64,000 nucleotides of DNA, taken from the NCBI GenBank assembly GCA_040954595.2, contig CM082582.2:2960303-3024302 (forward strand), written 5' to 3'. Each line of letters opens with the position of its first letter. Position 1 is the first letter of the stretch. The DNA is from Balanoglossus misakiensis. Its lineage: Eukaryota > Animalia > Hemichordata. The notes below the pieces were generated by a model. It was given only the letters and a program-made list of their open reading frames with translations. It ran no database searches and was not told where the DNA came from. Positions 36,008-47,179 of the stretch are shown piece by piece. A program made the position numbers and the translations under genes.

Positions 36008-38617
36008 CAGTCTGATTTCAGGGTACCTTATTTACATGCATTTGCATAAAATCATTTCAAATGAACAGCGCCCCTTGTGCTTAAGTATGCGTCCGTTAGG
36101 ATTTTTTCCCGAGGTACCGATAATCTCACTTTTCCAGCTTAATACTGTGTTAGAAGAATTATTCTCATCCCGAAACTGACGTATACCCGGTAAGTTGCTA
36201 TTTCTATCATATTTCACGCCATTGTTAGTCCAAAGAATTAGGTCATACTCGTTTCGAGTGGTGTGCCCGTACGGACATCCACGATTTTTCCGTGATTTTC
36301 AACACTGCCCCGCGTCTATGTGCCGGTTTTTAAAAATCGAAAATGGACATAAATAGTTGAGTTGATTATTGTTTTATCGAAATTTGCGTATTTTTAGTCT
36401 GCTGAAGGTCCGGAAAAATTGCGAATGCCTGTTTACTGAGTGTGTGTATGTACCGTGTTCTAACATGGCGGCGGAAGGAATCCATACCCGGAAGTAGCGA
36501 ATGCGCGACTGTGGCAAGCTATTTTCGATCATTATGTCCCGGTCCAATTTCGTTATTTTCTTGCTAAGAGCTCTGATTGGACATGATTTTTGGCGCAATG
36601 ATGGGACAGTAGGTGTCCAGACGTCATCGTAGACCGGAGGAAAAGTTTCCTGGGCAGCATCATTCCTTGCTTGGCGTGCACTGTTGCAGCAGTGTCGTGT
36701 GTGTGTGGAAGCCGGAGCAAGTGTTTCTCAAATCTCTTGTTGAGAACTTCACCAATAATTATCGTACGCCTAACAGTTTGTTTCGTTGTCTTTCAGGAGA
36801 CAACGAAGAAAGAAGTGCGTCAGTGTGCTGATCGATCGGTGTTTTACTTTTAGTGAGTCTGCCTTTAGTGTGGTTGGTGGCCAGTTCCCACACTTTTTTG
36901 CATTCAGGAGTTTCCTTTCCTCAGTTGTTACCTTTTATATATTATATTGTATTTATTTGACAATAAAAATTAAAAAGGTAAATTTCATTAACTGTTATTG
37001 TTTGAGTATTACTGAACAGGTATTTTCCAGTCTGTGTAGGAGTAGTCTGTGTGGTTTTAGTTTGACTGACAATTGTCTAGTCTGCACTGTGCAGAGTTTT
37101 TGTGAACTGATATTTAGTCTAGTCTTTTCAGGGTGTGTGTGTGTGAACTGGCATTTGTCTGGGCTGTCAGTGCAGAGTGACAGTGAAAGGCTGTTGTCCA
37201 GTCTGGGCATAGTAACTGATTGGGCATTTATCAGTCTGTCTATGCAAGTCATATTTTACTATAGTCATTTTCAGTCTTTTAACTGCAACATACTTTGTCT
37301 TTGTGAAGCTTTTCATAATGGTGAGAAAGGGGTCGTTTGTGTTTTCCTCCAAGAGTAGAGATAGTTTGTTGGTTTTAAATAGACTGCTGAGGTCTATGGC
37401 AAATGCCACGGATGGAAGGAATAACATTCTAAACTCCATAAAGACCACTATACATAACAAACTGTGAAAACACTAGAAGTGGTGAAAACACCAGTAGAAG
37501 TTATATTGACAGAGTAAGTGAAGATGATTCGATTCTAGAAATGATTATGAATGAAGAAATGGTGGATACTTTTGAAACGTTTGACATACTAGAGATAGAA
37601 GAGGTAGAACAGGAATACCAATTACCTGAGGAAGATTTACAAGAGAGTACAACAAATGCATATGAAAATGATACAAATAATTACAGTGATTATTCAGATA
37701 TGGAGTTAGAAAACTAAATGTAGAATTATAAGGCTGGCAATAATTTTATTGATTGAAAAAATATACATAAAATTCTTAAATTTGAAATAATCAAAAAGAA
37801 CAACAAAAATGTTTTTAAAAATTGCCAAATTACCAATCAATGTCAGAAAAAAGGAGAGTTGGACCAGTGTAGTCTGTTGTAGTAACCATGATTTCATTGT
37901 CAGATTAACCTCACAGTCACCACTATGCATACTATGTACATACTGTCTATGCAGACCGCCACTTATCCGGGTTAATCTCTAAAACACACGAATATCCATT
38001 GTCAAAACCTAGGCTGTTATCGAGCATTGATTGTCTCATAACTCATCTGCAATGTTATGTTCAGTGTAAAGTCCCGGCAGACTCCCGGGGACTGTGATTT
38101 GATCTGCCGAGTTTCCGTGTTACGCAATCGAAACACCCTTACGGAGGTCCTATACATATAGTATGTTGCTTGAGAGGTCACATTCAACACTGCCCCGCGT
38201 CAATGTGCTTCACCGTAGGCAAACCAAACTTGGCACTGTTATAGCTAATACATAGACCCTGTGAAAAACCGTATTTACGCCTCTGCTCAAGACCCTCTAA
38301 TTTCTGTATCGCTTCTCAAACATTAGCATTCACATGCATAACATCGTACGATCGAGTCACTGCCACATCGCCAGTATGCAGGGTTTCAAAATAATTTATT
38401 ACAGCTAAAACGAGCGTCATAAAGCGTAAGATAACATCCATTTAGACAATAAGTGATGGAAAACGCACCTTGTCATCCAAAATTAAAGCGTGTACACCTC
38501 TTTTCATGCCAGCATGCAGGTTTCAAGTTTTCGGTAGGCCGCCATATTGGATAGAAGTGAAAACGAGGCTCTCTGTTGTAAGGTTTAGGCGAATTTTAAT
38601 AGGCTGAGATCAGACTG
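36008..38617 (+). mobile_element. Non-autonomous DNA transposon, 2610 bp, CAGTC termini, 4-bp TSD (probably Academ-related)
   Basis: TIR CAGTCTGAT(T/C)TCAG. TATA is duplicated relative to the empty site AACTATAGAG in sister units. A decayed acidic coding remnant lies at ~37500-37717. Confidence 0.8.
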
Positions 38618-39029
38618 TATAGAGAAGCAGGGAGGGCATGACATTTTTATTATTGGTAACTTATAGTACAAAGTGAGTGTTGGACATGACATTTGACTAA
38701 CAGTTATAGTACAGAACTAGGGGAAGGCATGGCATTTTACTAAAAAGCAGGGGATGTGCATGATATTGTACTTACAGTTAAGTATTACATGTAGTACAAT
38801 GAGGGATTGTCATAACATTTTATTAACAGCAACAGTACAGGACAAGGGGAGGGTATGACACTTTATTATCAATTAACACAGCAAGGGGATGGGCATGGCA
38901 TTGGACTACCAGTTATACTATGCTTGGGATAAGTGTAACAGTTTACTTATAGCTTAGTACCAGTACAAAGATAGGGATGGGAATATCATTTCATTAACAG
39001 CTGAAATGGTCCGTGGCTAATTGCGGCCA

Positions 39030-40157
39030 AGTGAAACGCCTATCTGTAATCCAGACCAACCGATTCCTTATTTGACGTTGTTTCCGTCTGTTTCGAATAC
39101 CGAACCACTATAACGTATTCACTTTCTAAAATGTCGAGTGAATCTACAAGTTGGCATTTGGGTGTTGATATTGTATTTCGTTTTTCGATTTTCGAAAATT
39201 GAATTACAAACAGGGTTTCACAGTTCTACCAATACTATGTTCTTTTACTGGAAAGTTAGGGAGCTGGCCATTAACCCTTGCTACATTGTTACATTTTGCT
39301 ACGTTTTAAGGGAATACATCCGACGTTCCAATGACCCTTCAGACAATAAAGATCAATACATCAATGTCATGAAGGTCATAGACACTCCCTTCACTCTACA
39401 TTCTAAAATCCCATTGGCTTAATGTTTTCTTTTTATGAATATTCAACGATATCTCCTTAACCGTAAATTTACACATTGCTATATTTGGGACATGTATTAG
39501 TGAAGAAGTGGACGTTCCCACGCTATGAAAGCAGCACAATTTACATAAATCAGGCATAGGCGTTTCTTGAATTATGTCCCGGTATCTCATTAGTTAATTG
39601 TTTTACTTTTCATTAATATTTAATAAGTTGTAGAAGTTCATGCAAACTTGTTTTAGTTCGCATGGCAAGGCTAGTGTACTGGCATTCAAGGTTACGTGCA
39701 CTGAATTGAACGGAAAATGTCGATCCGCATCCGTGTATGCGATGAAATTTATGAACTAAAAACGCCGGTTACAGTGGTTCAACTGAACATGCTGTCGGGA
39801 AATGTGTTGATGCGTCGTCAATGTATTTGGTTGAAGATGTATTGGGCCAAAAAGAACGTCGCGTCGGGTGTTTTCCCTCAAAACAGAACAAAATGTAACA
39901 ATGTAGCAATGGTTAATAGCTAGCTCCCTAACTTTCCAGTAAAAGAACACACGATTGGTAGAACTGTGAAACCCTGTTTGTAATTCAATTTTCGAAAATC
40001 GAAAAACGAAATACAATATCAACTCCCAAATGACAACTTGTAGATTCACTCGACATTTTAGAAAGTGAATACGTAATAGTGGTTCGGTATTCGAAACAGA
40101 CGGAAACAACGTCAAATAAGGAATCGGTTGGTCTGGATTACAGATAGGCGTTTCACT
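39030..40157. mobile_element. Foldback element with ~280-bp inverted arms, probably truncated
   Basis: 39030 to ~39310 is the near-perfect reverse complement of ~39875-40157. The ORFs 39138+ and 39756- mirror each other as a result. Confidence 0.85.
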
Positions 40158-41530
40158 AGTCCTGTTTCAAAATGACCTACATTACAGGTCCTATGCACAC
40201 GCATATATGTTCTGATTGGTTTATCCGCTTCTCTAAGGTCCACTTGCGGCTCGCTGATTGGAGGGACCTTATGTGTTAGGTCTTATTACTATGTATTATT
40301 CACCAGACCTTGTAGGTTAGGTCTTATTACTATGCATTATTCACTTTACAGCTCCCTGATTGGTTAACGTGTCAGTCTGGTCTCCCAGTGTTCACTGCCT
40401 CATTGTGAAATGTCCCATGTGCTTCCTGGCTAGCGTTGTGGTAACACATTATTCGGGATGTCCGCAGATCGTTCATTGCTTTTCTAAGAAATAGCCTGAC
40501 GTATATTATCTCCAACATGAACCGCACCCTGGAAAGATTAAATGACTTTGAAAATCTGATTAACTCATCTAAGCATTTTAGCTAACAGTTGGTATAATAC
40601 TACTATTTTTGTAATCACCCTCCTACTTCTCATCATCAATATTATTATTATTGTTATTACTATTTTAATGTAAATTTGTTTTTACGAAGATGTTGTGATA
40701 AAGAGCACGTTGTCCATTTATACATTTGTATATTGTTTTCATAAAAAGTTAGGGAACTATGACAGTGCAGCTTCGTGAACGAAGTTAAATTAAAAAGTAA
40801 TCATACTTGTAAATAATGATGTGTCCCAAAGCATTTCTCTTCTAAGATTTATTTGGTTTGCTCGATGGAATAGCACAGACTTCGTATTCAGCCAGGTGTT
40901 ACACGAAGTGACGCGCTGAAAGGCATTACGTAACAAAACACTAGCCCATTTCAACAAACCGCCACTGCATGCACTGGAAATAAAATAAAAAATTCTCCTG
41001 GCAATATTTATTTCGAGTATCTAGTTCACAGTATCACATAAAATGCCATGAATAGTGTGAAGGAAAATGTGAAATCCAATCATTATATGAGTGCCTTTCT
41101 TTATACATTGGGATCGAGCTTCGACCACGCGCAGGCAGCATGCCAGACAGAATACGACATCTGTATTCAGAAAGTACAAAAGACTTTGCATAACGAGGCA
41201 GCGAAAACTGGAGACCTACACATTAACCAATCAGGAAGCTGAAAATTGAATAAATACATATTAATAGGACCTAACCTACAAGGTCCTGCATAATGAGGCA
41301 GTGAACACTGGAGGACCAGACCTACACATTAACCAATCAGGGCGCTGTAAAGTGAATAATCCATAGTAATAAGACCTAACCTACAAGGTCTAGTGAATAA
41401 TACATAATGATAAGACCTACCACATAAGGTCCCTCCAATCAGCGTGCCGCAAGTGGACCTAAGATTACCAGATGGACCAATCACAGATGTCGGTACATAT
41501 GTCATGGACCTGACTTATGAAACAGGACTA
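40157..41530. mobile_element. Non-autonomous TIR element (TAGTCCTGTTTCA ends) with ~250-bp imperfect inverted arms
   Basis: TAGTCCTGTTTCA...TGAAACAGGACTA termini; 40235-40407 mirrors ~41290-41460. TAG termini are compatible with Academ, but the TSD is ambiguous (possibly ACT). Confidence 0.8.
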
Positions 41531-41630
41531 CTTTATTTTGTTATGTTAATGTTAATGCCATATCAGATACCTCATGTGCAACTATCACTGTTTCAACTTT
41601 CATATACAAGTATTTTTCAGCAACAGTAGG

Positions 41631-42472
41631 GAAGGGGTCGTCGCGCCGCGAGGGTGTCCCCCTTGATGAGAATATGCCCTCCTACACAGTACTAGAAATA
41701 TCCCATGATTCATTCTGATTTGTACGCTCAGAGATTCCTCGACAAACCGGGCATAGTTCACATGTGTACAGAGAATTGTAGACCACTAATACAAAATTTG
41801 AGATCGTACTTTTAAGGCAAATCTTATTGTCAATTACCATTTCAAATCATTTTTAAAAATATGCATTATTGAGAGAGGAGATACGAATTTTATAAAATAA
41901 TCAAGCAATTGCATAGCCAGCCATACAAAAAAGTTTGAAGTAAAACAGGGACACTTCAAACACCTGTTTAATCAAACAAAAGGATACTGATTTTTTTCTA
42001 TTGACAGAACAATGGAAATTTACATGTTAACTTTCAACAGACACTGGCCACCTCAGTTAGTCATTGCTTGTTTCCTCCAAAGTGTGACATTTGCAGTACA
42101 TGGATACTTTGATTCCTATGGCTTTTAAATTTTGATGTTGAAATTTTCACTCTAATTCCTAATCGTACTTTTTCTAGATAAAAATAAATAAATCCATATG
42201 TACTTCATATCATTGTTAGTATCTAAAACAGAAAAAGTTACTAAATGGGCAACCTTCGATGATACAAATCATGGAGAATTGTGGGTAAAATAATGTACTG
42301 TGTCCTATACCAGTGCAAACCCCACTGCAGTCGCTACCACCTACTAGGACCTTCAGTTGCTGCCATGCCCAGTCTACACTACAGTTGGCTGCTTCGTTCA
42401 TTCTAAGAATGATCTAATTTGTTGTGGATGAATTGTAATGTTTATAAACAAACGCGGCGCGACGACCCCTTC
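41631..42472. mobile_element. Unclassified element bounded by a perfect 20-bp inverted repeat
   Basis: GAAGGGGTCGTCGCGCCGCG at 41631-41650 and its exact reverse complement at 42453-42472. No TSD identified. Confidence 0.55.
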
Positions 42473-42718
42473 ACTTTAATGTTGAGTTCAGGATATTCTT
42501 CCATACAGTCTTGCAAACTTATTGCATAATCATGTTTCTATGAGAGCTTGTAGTAGAATCATACAGGCAGAGAGACGGCATAGATTTTTCTTGTAAAAAA
42601 AGTATTTTGTTTCTCATATCCCCGCGTGCATCAATGTACACCCCCCCCCCCCCCCCGCACCAACCTTTTTGGCTCCGAAGTGTAAACAAAGGAGTCTGTC
42701 AAGTTGGGTATGAGCTAC

Positions 42719-45700
42719 CAGTCGAGAAACTGTGTAGTGAATTTGCATATGTTAATGAGATTTTACTTTGAATTTCAACAGCGCCACCATTACTTGGAGA
42801 ACCGTTGGTGTATTTTTTCAGTTTCAGAAAATCGTCTTTTTCTACACCAAAAGGTGAGATTTGTGCCACCAAACTGCGTTCCTCAGGTTTGATAGACGTA
42901 ACCTATCGTCCGATCGTGTTGAAAGTGGAAAATTTATCGTATTTCTGTTCGATCTCTGATATCATTTGTAAGCGACGTCTAGCGAATGTGGTAAAATAAA
43001 CACTGCGTCGTTTCCGTTTGCAAGCATACAATTGTTTCAAGTGTGCTTTTTGTATTAGTTTTATATCTTATATTTTGAACGGATATCGTTTCGTTTTGGC
43101 TCAAGCTTCCCAAAGTGGAGTTTCGGGCCATTGAATTTGAGTATGTTTTGGGTGGTCGACGCCAGCAAAATCCAATATGGCGGCTGATTGTTTACTCTCT
43201 CATCGGATCGTGATTGTGTCACTGAGGTGCATCCACGCATGATTCTTTGGACTTATGTATGACTAAATCGTGTATATTTTCGTCTCACATTAACATAGCT
43301 ATCACTTTGCTATTGTTTTACCAGAGAAGTGGATTTTTTTCGGATTTATTGGTGCATTGTTGGCTTCCAGGGTTATACTACTAAGTACATGTTTGTACTA
43401 CAGATAACCATAAAACACATAAAAATGGTGATTGTATGTGGAGTCAATCCTTGTCTTTGTGGACAAAGAGGGTGCATCGTTCACGCATAAACTCTGTCAG
43501 TAAAAATGCACTGTTGCAAATTAACAAAACCTGCTCTGAGATGGAAAAAAACAAGGTTCTGTATACAAACTCAACTGAAATAAAAACAAAAGTTGCAAAT
43601 ATTTTAAATGTGCTTAAAAGTGCTAGCAAGCCTTCATTTAATAATTACAAAGCTTACAAGTACCATATTTCCACATTTTTACGACTGGCAGAGCATCGAT
43701 ATAATATTTGTATTAAAAAATGCGGGATAAGAGTAAAGTAAAAAATAATGTAGTGAAACAAATAAAAACTGTGTAATCAACTGCAAGAGTTTAAAAAATT
43801 GCTGCAGTCTGTGTGCAAAATGTCAGGACCTCTAAAACATCATTGCCATAAGCGTCACCAAGAATTTATAAAAGACAAGTCCATTATTATGGCAGAAACC
43901 ATGATTAAAAAACGTTTGTCACAATGCAGTCAAGCCTTACTCCTGTTATGTGACATACAAAGCAGATTCTGTAGACTCAAATCAAAATTCAAGGCAATTC
44001 AATCTGATAAAAAGATTGCAAGTGGATGTGACATAATTGTTCATCTAAATTCACATGAGTATTTTTTTCGGCTCACAGATCCATATGTCAGCTCCTTGAA
44101 AAATGTAATATCTGAGGAATTAAATTTGAATACTGATAGCTTCAAATTATTCTTTCAGGGAAAACCCTTGTACGGACAAATAAATATACCAACAAAAGGG
44201 GGATGCATTTATACATTTATATTAGTGGGTTTGGAGGAGTTCTTCCATTAAGTCAGCAGGCTCACCCTGACAAAGAAAAATGCGGACCCAAAAGAAGTGT
44301 AGCATATCATCAACTCCAAGATGGTACCACATACCGGGTACAGTAAATAAGCCAGACAATTTCAAAGATTGGGTTGTAAAAGAAATGAATTTATCTCCAT
44401 CTGGTTGTCTATGCAATAGCTGCAGAATATGTGTAGAAAAAGACTTTGAAGCACAAGCCCAGGGTAGTACCGAACAGGCACCTCATCAAAAAGACAAAAC
44501 GTGTCACATTTGTGGAAATGTCTCTTGCCACAAAACCAGGGTGGATGATAAAACCAGATTTCTAGCCATTGTCATAAACGCTTGACCTCTTCTACTCTAA
44601 AATATCCCCACAATCCAGAGTTACTAATGGAGCACTTTACTGAACATGGGGACTATCCTGGATTAAAACTGGATGAAACTAGCACACTGTGTAAAAAGTG
44701 CTACATGTCTTTGTACCGCACAGTAGAAAAATGAAAAGAAAACAATTGTCACTGAAGTAACACAGGGTTATCAAACATTATATGTAAACGTCAAGATAAT
44801 TTGATAATTTTAATCCAGAGGCTGAGCTGGATGAAATAATTATAATCAAAACAGCAATGCAATGCATGTTGGGGACAAACTGGTTGTTGGAGAACCCATG
44901 TTATTGGTCACAAGCTCACCGACATCACATTACACTTCCTCCTTATGAAAACTCAGGATACAATGTGGAAAATGGGAAAATAAATATACTGTGGGATTCT
45001 GTGGAAAATATGGAGAAGGTTCAAAAGTGTGTGATGTTTTACACAAAAGGGTGTAAATGTAAGAAAACAGGATGCAGAAATAATACATGTAAATGCAAAA
45101 AGAAGGGCATGATGTGTGGCCCAGGCTGTAATTGCCTGAACTGTGTGAACAATACAATAACAAGGGCAGGGAACTGTAGACAGAAACTGATGAAATTATT
45201 GAAGAAGAAACAAAAAATGATGATAATGAAATCACAAATTGTGAAATAGAAGAAATTATTGAGGATGAACAAGAATATGATTTACCAGAAGAAAATGTTC
45301 TTGAAGTTGATGATAGCACCTTGACAGTGATGATGAAATTGCTGGGTAAAACTAGCAAATGTATTTGCCAATGTTACTAACTCAGTGTGGCTGTTCGTGG
45401 CGGGGGGGAGGGGGGGGGCATGCAACATATGCGGTGACTTGCAAGGAGAGTCAGTATTTCGCATAACCGTAGCCGCAATAATTGTAGCCCTGGTGGACTG
45501 GGTCGTGCATGTTGGGCTTTAGCTCACATCGTGTGGTTCGCGGCCGGGCGGCTTTAATTAACACCGGGAACCTACAGACCTGTACGCATGACTAACTTCA
45601 ACGCATACACATCGCGCGCAACATCGAAACCCGGAAGTGACCTGGATCAGTCAACACTGCGTCGTTTGCGTTTGCAAGGCGGCACTACTCCCATATTTGG

Positions 45701-46091
45701 ACTGAAGTACCCTTGAACTTTCCAAATCATGTGATTGATATATCGTGATGGCTCACGACCTCCTTGACCCGTACCCGTTCGCTGAAAGTTGGCCCGTCGT
45801 AGCGTGATAAATCACTGTAATGACTGGTGCCGAGATAGGTCGTGAATTGCAAGAAAATGACGCTAAAAATGACGGATTTGTTCGTTATCCCAATAATTAC
45901 TTTATAATACCCCAGAAAAGTTGATTTTTCTTTTTCTTTTGGGGTTTTTAACTAAGATAAACCACTTCTAAAAATGTGTTTACATGACAACGGCGAGGGT
46001 AGCGAACGCCATGTTTGCAGCTCCCGCGTGTTTGAAAGCGAGGCTCCGGCGATGATAAAATATGCAAATTCACTACCCAGTTTCTCGACTG
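42719..46091 (+). mobile_element. Internally deleted Academ-like DNA transposon, 3373 bp
   Basis: 32-bp TIR CAGTCGAGAAACTG(T/G)GTAGTGAATTTGCATAT; CTAC TSD at 42715-42718 and 46092-46095; Cys-rich coding remnants inside. Confidence 0.85.
43436..45400 (+). pseudogene. Fragmented transposase-associated ORF: N-terminal region, Cys-rich segments and C-terminal Cys8/CXC domain with acidic tail
   Basis: YWSQA...LPPYENSGY....GKINILWDS...KGCKCKKTGCRNNTCKCKKKGMMCGPGCNCLNCVN matches the Cys-rich C-terminus of Academ-type transposases. Multiple frameshifts; the catalytic core is absent. Confidence 0.65.
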
Positions 46092-47179
46092 CTACTACTT
46101 CCGTCCGTCAAGAATTCATACCATTTTCTAGTAGGGGTGTGTAGCTTTGAGGTGTTGAGGAAGAATTGGAACAGTGACAGAAATCGGAACGGATTAGCCA
46201 GCAGTGTTTTCGCTACCCGCTCGCCAAATCGCAAATGCGAGAAAAAGGTAGTGCACTGTTTGCCGAGATGATTTTCATACAAATTAGCCAAACTTGCGAA
46301 GCACTGCTATCTAACATAGTCGTTTGTTTTGCCATGATCAACTTGCCACGATCAGTGCACTACAACTCGTGAAAGTGGACCGCTGTTCTGTTCATTGATC
46401 ATAACCCCCCTGTATCATGAACATCGCAAGGCAATGCATTGAATTCAGCTCTTCCAGCTAGTGGCCGCACTCGCTTGATTTCCTGTGTGTGTCTCTGGGG
46501 ATGCAAGGAATGCATGTATGCGTCTTTTCCTAATTTGCATATTTTGAATGGGTTAGGTCTGCCTTGACTTGAACGTGTCAAGTGTACAGGTTGTTATGGA
46601 AGTTTCTTTTTAGAACCACTAGTGTTAGTCTGTCAGCCCAACCAGCAAAAAAAAGTTCTAGAAATGTCATTATGTTGTATAGGAGTTTTGTACTACATGA
46701 AATTAGCTGGAAATGACGGGAGGTAAACTATTGATGTGAAATCAGGTCACTTCTACTGAACATGATGGACCCAGTGAGCAATGACTATTTTAAATTATTT
46801 CATATACTATGTTCACAACTGCTATGTACCGGTACAGCTCCTGTCAATCAGGTCCCGCTGCTCTGCCCTCCAGGGTCCTGGTTCGCTGTTGCCCTGGGCA
46901 ACGTCACTCATCTGCAGTTCCACTACACTTTACAGTTGCCGTAATTGGAGCTGTAACCATGTGGTCAGCCTCATTGTTTGGACCTTTATGTCACAGTTTC
47001 ACTGCAATGCCATGGGACGTCCGAACGATTTTCTTCTTTGTGTAAGGTTTTCATTGATGTAAATCCTGCTGTTGTCATTGAATCCATAATTTCTGGCTGT
47101 TGTGTTACGTTAATTTCTCTTCTTGCTGTACCTGTTGTTGAAAGGTATAATGATGGGTCGGTGTCCTTGGGTCCGGTTC

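Larger units (their letters stand above)
15835..41690 (+). repeat. Tandem macro-repeat, ~1725-bp unit, about 5 units, interrupted by large insertions
   Basis: ATGGACGATTACA marker at 15875 (diverged, shorter unit), 17227, 18953, 33397 and 35122. Spacings are 1726, 1726+12718 and 1725. The last unit is split into about 35090-36007, 38618-39007 and 41530-41690. Units contain degenerate ~40-bp subrepeats. Confidence 0.92.

Noticed and set aside
36786-37358. 190-aa ORF inside the CAGTC element
   Set aside because: Low-complexity TG-rich sequence with no domain motifs; probably non-coding.
39138-40115. Pair of similar ORFs on opposite strands
   Set aside because: Mirror translations of the inverted arms of a foldback element.
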